Source: Hydrogenophilales bacterium RIFOXYD1_FULL_62_11 (GTDB lineage: Bacteria > Pseudomonadota > Gammaproteobacteria > Burkholderiales > Thiobacillaceae). From it: a stretch of 63,900 nucleotides of DNA. Both the position numbers and the translations under genes were made by a program. Every line of letters begins with the position of its first letter. The first letter of the stretch is position 1. Positions 21,573 through 29,644 of the stretch are shown here, in pieces. Below the pieces are notes generated by a model. That model was not told the DNA's origin. It saw only the letters and a program-made list of their open reading frames with translations, and did no database searches. The stretch is from contig MGZO01000130.1 of assembly GCA_001802655.1 (NCBI GenBank), positions 32,117-96,016 of the forward strand, in the 5' to 3' direction.

Positions 21573-21968
21573 CTATTTGTAGTCCCGCCATTCCTCGGGC
21601 GTCTCATCACGATCACCATGCAAATGGCGTTCGTAGACTTTCACAAAAGCCTGCTGCGACTTGATGTCCGGTTCATTCGCGGCGACGTTGCGGCGTTGCA
21701 CGCTTTCGCAAAAATAGGCCAGCGCACGCTGGAGTTTGCTCAGCAAGCTGTTGTCGAGATGGAAGCCCTGGCTGCTCAGCGCCGACTCCAGACCTTCCAG
21801 CGTGTATTCGCATATGCTGTAACGAATCAGTAAATGGTTAGGTCCTGCCCCCGCCAGTACCGTCAGCCCATCCATTCCTTCCAGCAGGCGTAAAGCACGC
21901 CCAACCTGGCCAAGGGGCAAATCATGAAACACGATCACACGTTCTTTTTCGAGGTCACACGGACGCAT
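21573..21968 (-). CDS. Hypothetical protein
   Basis: 131-aa ORF co-oriented between ctpA and moeB; G-rich RBS. Confidence 0.75.
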   Translation of the reverse strand: MRPCDLEKERVIVFHDLPLGQVGRALRLLEGMDGLTVLAGAGPNHLLIRYSICEYTLEGLESALSSQGFHLDNSLLSKLQRALAYFCESVQRRNVAANEPDIKSQQAFVKVYERHLHGDRDETPEEWRDYK

Positions 21969-22050
21969 AACACCCCCCGGCAGGTCTGTGCCTAATGGTT
22001 GGGTTCAGCAGTATGGGGGAAGCCTGCGGCCACAACAGCCACAGCCTTAC

Positions 22051-23478
22051 TTAACGCCCCTGAAGAATCTGCAACCCCTTCAACAGATTCAGTGCCTGAT
22101 TCACCTGATAGTCATTTTTCGACACCACTTCACCCGGCTCAAGAGGCGTCGGTTTCGTGGGCAGGCTTTCTTTATCATCCTTACCCGGCTTATCGGCCGG
22201 TTGCGGCTTGATTGCACTATCCGGCCCGGCCGCAGGTACGGGCTCATCCCCGCCATTGGGGTTACTCAGATGCTTGTCGAGATCCGCCTCGCGTATCCCG
22301 AGACTATCCTCTTCGCTTGGCATGTTTGGATCCTGCACCACAATATCGGGCTCAATCCCTTTGGCCTGGATAGAGCGCCCATTCGGAGTGAAGTAACGGG
22401 CGGTAGTAAGCTTGATCGCCGTGCCGTTTCCAATCGGCAGAATGGTCTGCACCGAACCCTTGCCAAAAGTGCGCGTGCCCATGACCACGGCACGCTTGTG
22501 ATCCTGCAACGCACCGGCAACGATCTCGGATGCAGAAGCAGAACCGCTATTAACCAGCACCACCATCGGCACCTGCTTCACGCCTGCCGGCAATTTGCCC
22601 AGATAATCCGCCTGCATGGGCCGCAAATAAAACTCGCGGCTGGCGGTCAGACGCATCTTGGCATCTGCGGTCCGGCCTTCGGTATACACCACCAGGCTGT
22701 CGGGTTTGACGAAGGCTGCGGTAACCGCCACCGCGCCATTCAACAGGCCACCTGGATCATTTCGCAAATCCAGAATCATGCCTTTCAACGGCGCCTTGTT
22801 GTTCTTGTAAAGAGTGTTCAAGGCTTCAGCCAGCAACTCGCCTGTGTGTTCCTGAAACTGCGTCACACGAACATAGCCATAGCCATTTTCCAGCAACTGG
22901 AACTTGACGCTGCGAATCTTGATGACGGCGCGGGTCAAGGTCAGCACGATGGGCTTGTCGACCCCCTTGCGTGCAATGGTCAGCCTGATCGTCGAGCCCG
23001 GCTTGCCGCGCATCCGCTTGACCGCGTCATTCAGCGACAGGCCCTTCACCGGGGTATCGTCAAGCTTGATGATCAGGTCGCCGGGTTTGACCCCGGCTTT
23101 AAATGCGGGCGTGTCCTCGATCGGCGAGACCACCTTGACGAAGCCATCCTCCATACCCACCTCAATACCGAGGCCACCAAACTCGCCCTGGGTACCAACC
23201 TGCAAGTCCTTGAATCCTTCGGCGTCGAGATAGGTCGAGTGCGGGTCCAGGCCGGTCAACATGCCGTTGATCGCACCGTCGATCAGCTTTTTATCCTCGA
23301 CTGGCTCGACATAATCATTTTTGATTCGAGCAAACACATCAGTAAAGGCGCGCAGCTCTTCCACCGGCAACGCCGTTGCTGCCTCCTTGTCAGCTATTGC
23401 CGACAGGTTGACCGTTAGCGCCGCGCCAGCCATCACGCCGGCCAGACCGACGAGTATGAATTTCGCCTTTTGTGTCAT
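22051..23478 (-). CDS. ctpA: Carboxy-terminal processing protease (S41)
   Basis: LDPHS, GGLGIE PDZ, DLRNDPGG, SASASEI, FGKGSVQ. Confidence 0.94.
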   Translation of the reverse strand: MTQKAKFILVGLAGVMAGAALTVNLSAIADKEAATALPVEELRAFTDVFARIKNDYVEPVEDKKLIDGAINGMLTGLDPHSTYLDAEGFKDLQVGTQGEFGGLGIEVGMEDGFVKVVSPIEDTPAFKAGVKPGDLIIKLDDTPVKGLSLNDAVKRMRGKPGSTIRLTIARKGVDKPIVLTLTRAVIKIRSVKFQLLENGYGYVRVTQFQEHTGELLAEALNTLYKNNKAPLKGMILDLRNDPGGLLNGAVAVTAAFVKPDSLVVYTEGRTADAKMRLTASREFYLRPMQADYLGKLPAGVKQVPMVVLVNSGSASASEIVAGALQDHKRAVVMGTRTFGKGSVQTILPIGNGTAIKLTTARYFTPNGRSIQAKGIEPDIVVQDPNMPSEEDSLGIREADLDKHLSNPNGGDEPVPAAGPDSAIKPQPADKPGKDDKESLPTKPTPLEPGEVVSKNDYQVNQALNLLKGLQILQGR

Positions 23479-23479
23479 T

Positions 23480-24772
23480 TCACTTCACCCATAGGAGGGG
23501 ATTAACAGGACGGCTTTGATGCCGCATTTCAAAGTACAAGCCCGTGTCGGGCTGGCCGCCGCTATTGCCAACCGATGCAATGGCGTCGCCGGGCTGGACC
23601 CGTTCGCCCACCTGCTTATACAGACTTTCATTATTACTGTACAGGCTCATATACCCCTCGCCGTGGTCGACGATGATGAGGTTTCCAAAGCCCCGCAACC
23701 ACTCGGAAAACACCACCTGACCTGCAGCAATTGCCTTCACCGCAACGCCTTGCCCGGCCCGAATGAACAGCCCCTTCCAGCTTACCCCGCCACCCTCTCT
23801 CGGAGCACCAAAACGATTCATGAGTTCCCCGGCAACGGGCAAGCGTAACGAACCTTTCAAGCTCGAAAACGAACGCCCCGAGTAAAAGGCAACCGGGGTT
23901 TCAGTGTTGAACGCCACGCCTTTGCGTGACTGTCCGTCTACGCTTTTTCCGGTTTTCTGGGTTTTGGCCGCTTTTTTTGCCTGCTGCGCAGCGCGAACAC
24001 GCGCTGCTTCGCGCGCGGCCTGCTGCGCCATCAAGCGATTGAGGCGCTGAACCAACTGGGTCAGGCTGCGCTCGTCGCGCTTGAGCGTGGAGATTTCGCG
24101 CTGCTGCTGCTGAATTTGCGCCGAAAGTTTGCCCAGAACCTGTTCGCGCGCGCGCTTGTCAGCCAACAACTGCTGGTTTTCAACAGCTCGCGCAGCCTGC
24201 AATTGCGACAGCTGCTTGGTTTTTTGTGCTGCCACATCCTGCAATGCAGCCAGTTTTGCCTGCTCGACCCGCAGGGCGTCTATCTGGTCATGCTGCGCAC
24301 GCGAAACATACCTCAGATAACGCAAATCACGCGCGACCTGGTTTGGATCAGCGCCATTGAGCATCAATTTCAAGGCATCGCCTTGACCCCGCTGATAAGC
24401 AGACCTGAGCGCTTGTGCGAGGCTGCCCTGCTGCTGGTGAATACGGGCAGCCGTGGCCGCGGCTTGCTGCGTCAAGGTTTGAAGTTCGCCCTGGGTGCGC
24501 TGGCGTTCGCCATCCAGCACGCGCAACTGGCGAACGCCGTTGCTGATCGCCTGCTCGGATTGACGCAGTTCATCGGCCGCTTCCTTACGGTGCGTCTGCG
24601 TTTTGCGAAATTCCTGCTGTAGCGAGTTGAGGCGCTGCTTGAGCACCTTGAGTTCGGATTGCGAGCGATCTATTTGGTTGGCGCCAACAGACATTGGCCA
24701 GCACAAGACCAGCAAGGCAAGGCCTTTGCCGATTACCGCAGCGAATTTACTCAAAATGAACCAGGGCTTCAC
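23480..24772 (-). CDS. envC: Murein hydrolase activator EnvC family (start uncertain)
   Basis: Long coiled coil plus degenerate LytM/M23 domain (WKGLFI, IIVDHG, LYFEMR). Confidence 0.88.
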   Translation of the reverse strand: MKPWFILSKFAAVIGKGLALLVLCWPMSVGANQIDRSQSELKVLKQRLNSLQQEFRKTQTHRKEAADELRQSEQAISNGVRQLRVLDGERQRTQGELQTLTQQAAATAARIHQQQGSLAQALRSAYQRGQGDALKLMLNGADPNQVARDLRYLRYVSRAQHDQIDALRVEQAKLAALQDVAAQKTKQLSQLQAARAVENQQLLADKRAREQVLGKLSAQIQQQQREISTLKRDERSLTQLVQRLNRLMAQQAAREAARVRAAQQAKKAAKTQKTGKSVDGQSRKGVAFNTETPVAFYSGRSFSSLKGSLRLPVAGELMNRFGAPREGGGVSWKGLFIRAGQGVAVKAIAAGQVVFSEWLRGFGNLIIVDHGEGYMSLYSNNESLYKQVGERVQPGDAIASVGNSGGQPDTGLYFEMRHQSRPVNPLLWVK

Positions 24773-26288
24773 CGGTCATTTCAGCAGGTTGCGGCAGGCC
24801 CATCATTTTCAGCAAAGTCGGGCTAACGTCTTCAAGCGCACCGGTTTCGGCCAGACTGGCATGGCGCCGGCCAACGTAAACCAGCGGTACCAGGTTCAGC
24901 GTGTGCGCGGTGTGCGCCTGACCCGTAACGGGGTCGAGCATCAATTCGGCATTGCCGTGGTCAGCCGTCACCAGCACTTCGCCGCCGCGCGCGCGCTGCG
25001 CCGTGACCACCCTGCCCAGACAAATGTCAACCGTCTCGATCGCCGCGATGGCCGCCTGCAGATTGCCGGAATGCCCAACCATATCCGGGTTGGCGAAGTT
25101 ACAGATGATGAGGTCGTACTGCTTGCTCTCGATTGCAGCAACCAGTTTGTCGGTCACCTCGTACGCGCTCATCTCGGGTTTCAGATCATACGTGGCCACA
25201 TCGGGCGAAGGCACCAGCACCCGGTCTTCGCCGGGGAACGAGGCCTCCTCGCCGCCATTGAAGAAGAACGTGACGTGTGGATATTTCTCGGTTTCGGCAA
25301 TCCGTAACTGGCGCAAACCCAGATTGGCGGCATATTCGCCGAGACCATTTTTGATGCGCTCGGGCGGAAACGCCACCGACACCACGAAATCATCGCTATA
25401 CCCGGTCAAGGTGCAATAGGTTGCCAGACGCGGCGTCACTTCGCGCTCGAACTCGCTGAAATCAGGTTCGATGAACGGCCGCGACAACTGGCGTGCGCGG
25501 TCGGAACGGAAGTTCAGGAAGATCACCGAATCACCGTCTTCCATTTTTACCGGCTTGCCATCGGGTGACGCGATTGCCGTCGCCTTGACGAACTCATCGG
25601 ACTCACCCCGCGCATAAGCCGCTTCGAGTCCGTCCAGCGGCGTCTCGGCAAGGAACTCGCCACGTCCCTGGGTCAGCAGGTCATACGCGGCCTGAACCCG
25701 CTGCCAGCGGCGGTCACGATCCATTGCAAAATAGCGGCCTATCATCGACGCAATATGGCCGACGCCAACCTGTTCAATTTTTTCGCTCAGTCGGCGCAAA
25801 TATATGTCAGCGCTTTTCGGCGGGGTATCGCGGCCGTCCAGAAACACGTGCAGACACACCTTGTGCAAACCTTCACGCGCAGCCAGGTCCAGCAGGGCAT
25901 GAAAATGCAACTCATGGCTATGCACGCCACCGTCGGACAATAAGCCCAGCACATGCAGGGTCTTGTTGTTGTCGCGCGCCAGGTGCACCGCGTTCAGCAA
26001 AGCAGGGTTGGTGTAGAAATAGCCGGATTCGATGGCGCGATCGATGCGGGTGAACTCCTGGTACACCACACGCCCCGCTCCAATATTGAGATGCCCCACC
26101 TCGGAATTGCCCATCTGCCCCTTGGGCAGCCCCACTTCAGACTCTGAAGCATGAATCAGTGTGTGGGGATTTTCTTTCCACAAGCGATCGAAATTGGGTT
26201 TGCGGGCCTGTGCGACGGCATTGTCGGCGCGTTCTGCGCGACAGCCAAAACCGTCGAGAATAATAAGGAGAACCGGCGTGGTCTTCAT
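24747..26288 (-). CDS. gpmI: 2,3-BPG-independent phosphoglycerate mutase
   Basis: ILDGFG, MGNSEVGH, DGRDT, AETEKYPHVTFFFNGG, TADHGN. Confidence 0.97.
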   Translation of the reverse strand: MKTTPVLLIILDGFGCRAERADNAVAQARKPNFDRLWKENPHTLIHASESEVGLPKGQMGNSEVGHLNIGAGRVVYQEFTRIDRAIESGYFYTNPALLNAVHLARDNNKTLHVLGLLSDGGVHSHELHFHALLDLAAREGLHKVCLHVFLDGRDTPPKSADIYLRRLSEKIEQVGVGHIASMIGRYFAMDRDRRWQRVQAAYDLLTQGRGEFLAETPLDGLEAAYARGESDEFVKATAIASPDGKPVKMEDGDSVIFLNFRSDRARQLSRPFIEPDFSEFEREVTPRLATYCTLTGYSDDFVVSVAFPPERIKNGLGEYAANLGLRQLRIAETEKYPHVTFFFNGGEEASFPGEDRVLVPSPDVATYDLKPEMSAYEVTDKLVAAIESKQYDLIICNFANPDMVGHSGNLQAAIAAIETVDICLGRVVTAQRARGGEVLVTADHGNAELMLDPVTGQAHTAHTLNLVPLVYVGRRHASLAETGALEDVSPTLLKMMGLPQPAEMTGEALVHFE

Positions 26289-26334
26289 GAAGAAATTTCT
26301 ATTGCCTAATTCGTTTTTGTGGGATTATTTTAAT

Positions 26335-26354
26335 ATATGCGTGATTTCTAATCT
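26335..26354. promoter_or_regulatory. Putative ArsR operator (7-6-7 imperfect palindrome)
   Basis: ATATGCG-tgattt-CTAATCT; shares ATAT-N9-CTAAT with the site at 27072. Confidence 0.5.
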
Positions 26355-26476
26355 ATACGTAGTCCAGCATATTGAGCCAACTACAGGCTCGGCAATGGGG
26401 ACTCGCCACAGAATTTCTGATGTTTTTCCGGGAAATCACAGCACCTCAAGATTACTACACGAACAGGATCAAGGTA

Positions 26477-26806
26477 ATGAACATGGCTGCAGAGTGGGAT
26501 GAAGTGGACCTGATGGATAAAGACGAGCACATCGAACAGGCCTCGCGTGCAATGAAAGCCATGTCGCACCCGCTGCGCCTGAAAATTCTCTGCGTGCTGG
26601 GTGACAAGGAGGTCAGTGTGCAGGACATCGTCGACCATGTCGGCACTTCGCAAAGCAATATCTCACAACATCTGGCGATCCTGCGCGACAAGGGGGTGCT
26701 GCGCACCCGCAAGGATGCCAACCGCGTGTTTTACCGGGTAGGTGATACCCGCACCCTCAAGTTGCTGAGCATGATGCGCGACGTTTTCTGCGGCTTCACG
26801 AAGTAA
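26477..26806 (+). CDS. ArsR/SmtB regulator, BigR/SqrR-like with two Cys
   Basis: HPLRLKILC, SQSNISQHL HTH, C-terminal VFC; the two Cys are 66 residues apart. Confidence 0.9.
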   Translation: MNMAAEWDEVDLMDKDEHIEQASRAMKAMSHPLRLKILCVLGDKEVSVQDIVDHVGTSQSNISQHLAILRDKGVLRTRKDANRVFYRVGDTRTLKLLSMMRDVFCGFTK

Positions 26807-26823
26807 ATCCTGCTTGCTCGGCG

Positions 26824-26865
26824 ACAGGCCCGGCCACGCGCAAGCGTGCCGGGCCTGTTCTTTTC
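26824..26865 (+). terminator. Intrinsic terminator after the ArsR gene
   Basis: ACAGGCCCGGC-c-ACGC-GCAA-GCGT-GCCGGGCCTGT followed by TCTTTTC. Confidence 0.8.
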
Positions 26866-26888
26866 TGATCTAAGGGTGGCTGAAAGTG

Positions 26889-26960
26889 GCATGCCAAGCC
26901 GTTTTTGATCATTGCAGCACGCCACAGGAACGCACGCTTGTGGCACCATGCTTGGCATGC
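26889..26960. repeat. Nested inverted repeats (possible structured RNA)
   Basis: GCATGCCAAGC/GCTTGGCATGC enclosing GCCACA/TGTGGC. Confidence 0.55.
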
Positions 26961-27071
26961 TTCATGACTTGATCAGCGTTGAGTCAATGTACCGAACCGT
27001 CTTGTCCGCAAACCCGTCCAGCGGCCTTTTACCGGACATCAGGAAAACTTTTGGCAGGATAAACTCCTCGT

Positions 27072-27091
27072 ATATAATCAAAAGCTAATAT
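27072..27091. promoter_or_regulatory. Putative ArsR operator overlapping a TATAAT -10 of the pump operon
   Basis: ATATAAT-caaaag-CTAATAT, about 40 nt before the TolC gene. Confidence 0.6.
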
Positions 27092-27129
27092 TCGATGCGG
27101 TACCGCGCGTCCATTCAACAAGAGGGGGT

Positions 27130-28530
27130 TTGATGCGGCTCAAGAAAAGAAAATCTGTCCGGCCGAGAACGTTCGATTTCCTGTTTCTGTTGACCCTCGC
27201 TACCGCCGCGCGGGCCGAGACACTTGATTTCGCTCAGGCCGTGCAACGCGCGCTGGCGCAAAATCCGGACATCATCGTCGCCGGCACGCAAATCAGCCAG
27301 GCGCAAGCCGCCGTTCGGCAGAGCACGGGGGCACGGATGCCGAAACTCACCGCTTCGCTCAACGTAACCCGCACCGATGATGCACTCAATGCCTTCGGCA
27401 TCAAGCTATCCCAGCGCAACGCCACGTTCAACGATTTCGGTGCCGCTGAATTCAACCCAGCCAATCCCAGTGTTCTTAGCGTTGCGCCGCAAGATCTCAA
27501 TCACCCTGGCTGGGTAAATAATTTCAACACCCGCCTGGAAGCGCAACTGCCGCTGTACAGCGGAGGCATGATCGAGGGTTACGCCGAGCAGGCCAAAGCC
27601 CATTTGCGCGCCGCGCGCCAAGGCGATGTGATGGCGCGTCAGCAAGTGATTTTCGATGTGCTGCGCGCTTACGAAGGCGTGCATGCCGCACGCGCCTACC
27701 GGGACGTCGCCACGCAAGGTCGCCTTGCTGCCGAAAACCACGTCAAAACCATCAACAGCCTGTTCAAGCAAGGCGTAGCGGTAAAAAGCGATCTGCTCAC
27801 GGCCCAGGTGCATCTGGAGGATGTCAAGGTACAGCAGACTCAGGCCGAGAATGCCGTACAGCAAGCGCTCGATCAGCTCCACCTGTTGCTGGGCATGCCG
27901 CTGGCGGCGCCATTGGACGTGGCCGGCAGCGTGGAGGTGCCTCCGCTGGAAGGCAAGCTGGCCGACCATCAGGACGACGCGCTGAAGTCCAACCCCGGTC
28001 TTGCCGCCTTGCGCGGCCAACTCGACGCGGCGCAGGCCGCAGTGAAGGTGGCGCGCGCAGGAAAATATCCGCAGGCCGGCCTGATGGCGCGCTTCGACAC
28101 CAATGACCCCAATCCGGGCTTCGAGGCCCATTCCTATACCGTGGGCGGCCAGCTGTCATGGCAGCTGTTCGACGGCGGTGTCAACGATGCGGCGATCCAT
28201 CGCGCCCAGGCCAGCCTTGATGAACTCGTCGCCAAGCTGAACAAGGCCGAAAACGGCGTTGCCTATCAGGTGGTGGACGCCTGGCGGCGCGCCGACGAGG
28301 CGCAGCGTCGGGTTGCGGCGCGGGAACTGGCGGTGAGCCAGGCCGAGGAAGCGCAGCGCATCGTTGGAAAGCGCTACGCTGGCGGCGTGACAACCATCAC
28401 CGAACTGCTGGCCGGGCAGGCCCAGCTGGACAAGACCCGCGCGGATCTGGTAGCAGCCCGTTATGAACTCAAGGTGCAACGCGCCAACGCCCGGCTGGCG
28501 ACAGGCCGTTTGCAGCCGGACTTACTGTGA
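27130..28530 (+). CDS. TolC-family outer membrane factor
   Basis: Two OEP repeats (AVQRALAQNPD, LPLYSGG, WQLFDGG). Confidence 0.92.
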   Translation: MMRLKKRKSVRPRTFDFLFLLTLATAARAETLDFAQAVQRALAQNPDIIVAGTQISQAQAAVRQSTGARMPKLTASLNVTRTDDALNAFGIKLSQRNATFNDFGAAEFNPANPSVLSVAPQDLNHPGWVNNFNTRLEAQLPLYSGGMIEGYAEQAKAHLRAARQGDVMARQQVIFDVLRAYEGVHAARAYRDVATQGRLAAENHVKTINSLFKQGVAVKSDLLTAQVHLEDVKVQQTQAENAVQQALDQLHLLLGMPLAAPLDVAGSVEVPPLEGKLADHQDDALKSNPGLAALRGQLDAAQAAVKVARAGKYPQAGLMARFDTNDPNPGFEAHSYTVGGQLSWQLFDGGVNDAAIHRAQASLDELVAKLNKAENGVAYQVVDAWRRADEAQRRVAARELAVSQAEEAQRIVGKRYAGGVTTITELLAGQAQLDKTRADLVAARYELKVQRANARLATGRLQPDLL

Positions 28531-28540
28531 GCAATCCGAG

Positions 28541-29644
28541 ATGAAACCTATGGCGAATCCCACACTTTGGCGTATGGCCCTGCTGGGTCTGGCGGTCAGC
28601 GTGACCTATGGTTGCGGCGAACACGAACCTCCCGCAGCACAGAACGACAACGTCACGCGCACTCTGGCGGCAGATATGCAAACCGTGCAGCAGGCGCCAT
28701 TGAGCGTGCGTGCGGAATTGCCCGGCATGGTCGCCTCGGAGGATCAGGTGCAGGTGACCTCACGGCTCATGGGTTATATCCGCGAGATCAAGGTCGAAGA
28801 AGGCCAGGTGGTCAAGGCGGGGCAATTGCTGTTCGTGATTGATCCCACTGACATTCAGGGGCAGATGAGTCAGGCTCGCGCCGGCCTGGCGCAGGCGGAA
28901 GCCGCGTTGACCGACGCAAAAATTGACCACGAGCGATTCGGCACCCTCTATCAGGAAGAAGCCATTCCCAAATTGCAGTGGGACAAAATCCGCCTGCAAA
29001 AGCGGGTCGCCGAACAACAGGTGGCAGCCGCCCGCGCCGGACTGAACCAGGCGAACAGCCAGATGCGCTACGCCTCGGTGGTGGCACCGATCAACGGCGT
29101 CGTCACGCAAAAAATGGCCAATGCCGGCGACCTCGCCACGCCCGGCCGACCGGTGCTGGTGATCGAAGGCCTGAAGAAACTCCAGGTGCGCACGCAAGTG
29201 AGCAGCAGCGTGTTTGACCAAATCAAGGTCGGCGAGAAGGTCACCATCGTGACCGATGGCGACGCTGCGCAGGCCCCGGCCGAAGGCACGATCGCCCAGG
29301 TGGTGCCGGTGGCCGATCCGGTCAGCCATACCCATCTGGTGAAAATCGATCTGCCTGCGGGCAGCGGCCTGTCGAGCGGCAATTTTGTACGGGTGGGGTT
29401 TGCCGTCGGCAGCCGCCAGGGCATCCGGGTGCCGGCTGCGGCACTCGCCGAACGCGCCGGCATCACCGGCGTGTTCGTGGTCGACGCCCAGGGCTTCGCG
29501 CGCTACCGCATGGTGCGCACCGGCGTAGCTGATCAGGGCACGGTGGAAATCCAGTCCGGCCTCAACGCAGGCGAGAAAATAATCGTGTCCAACGTCGGGC
29601 AACTGGAAAACGGCGACAGGATCAGCGGAGGAACGCATGACTGA
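28541..29644 (+). CDS. RND periplasmic adaptor (MFP), probable lipoprotein
   Basis: TYGC lipobox-like sequence; lipoyl halves (VEEGQVVKAGQ, APINGVV); SGLNAGEKI. Confidence 0.92.
   Translation: MKPMANPTLWRMALLGLAVSVTYGCGEHEPPAAQNDNVTRTLAADMQTVQQAPLSVRAELPGMVASEDQVQVTSRLMGYIREIKVEEGQVVKAGQLLFVIDPTDIQGQMSQARAGLAQAEAALTDAKIDHERFGTLYQEEAIPKLQWDKIRLQKRVAEQQVAAARAGLNQANSQMRYASVVAPINGVVTQKMANAGDLATPGRPVLVIEGLKKLQVRTQVSSSVFDQIKVGEKVTIVTDGDAAQAPAEGTIAQVVPVADPVSHTHLVKIDLPAGSGLSSGNFVRVGFAVGSRQGIRVPAAALAERAGITGVFVVDAQGFARYRMVRTGVADQGTVEIQSGLNAGEKIIVSNVGQLENGDRISGGTHD

Noticed and set aside
26880-26970. TGGCA motifs as sigma54 promoters, and a c-di-GMP riboswitch nearby
   Set aside because: No GG-N10-GC spacing found, and the GEMM consensus elements are absent.
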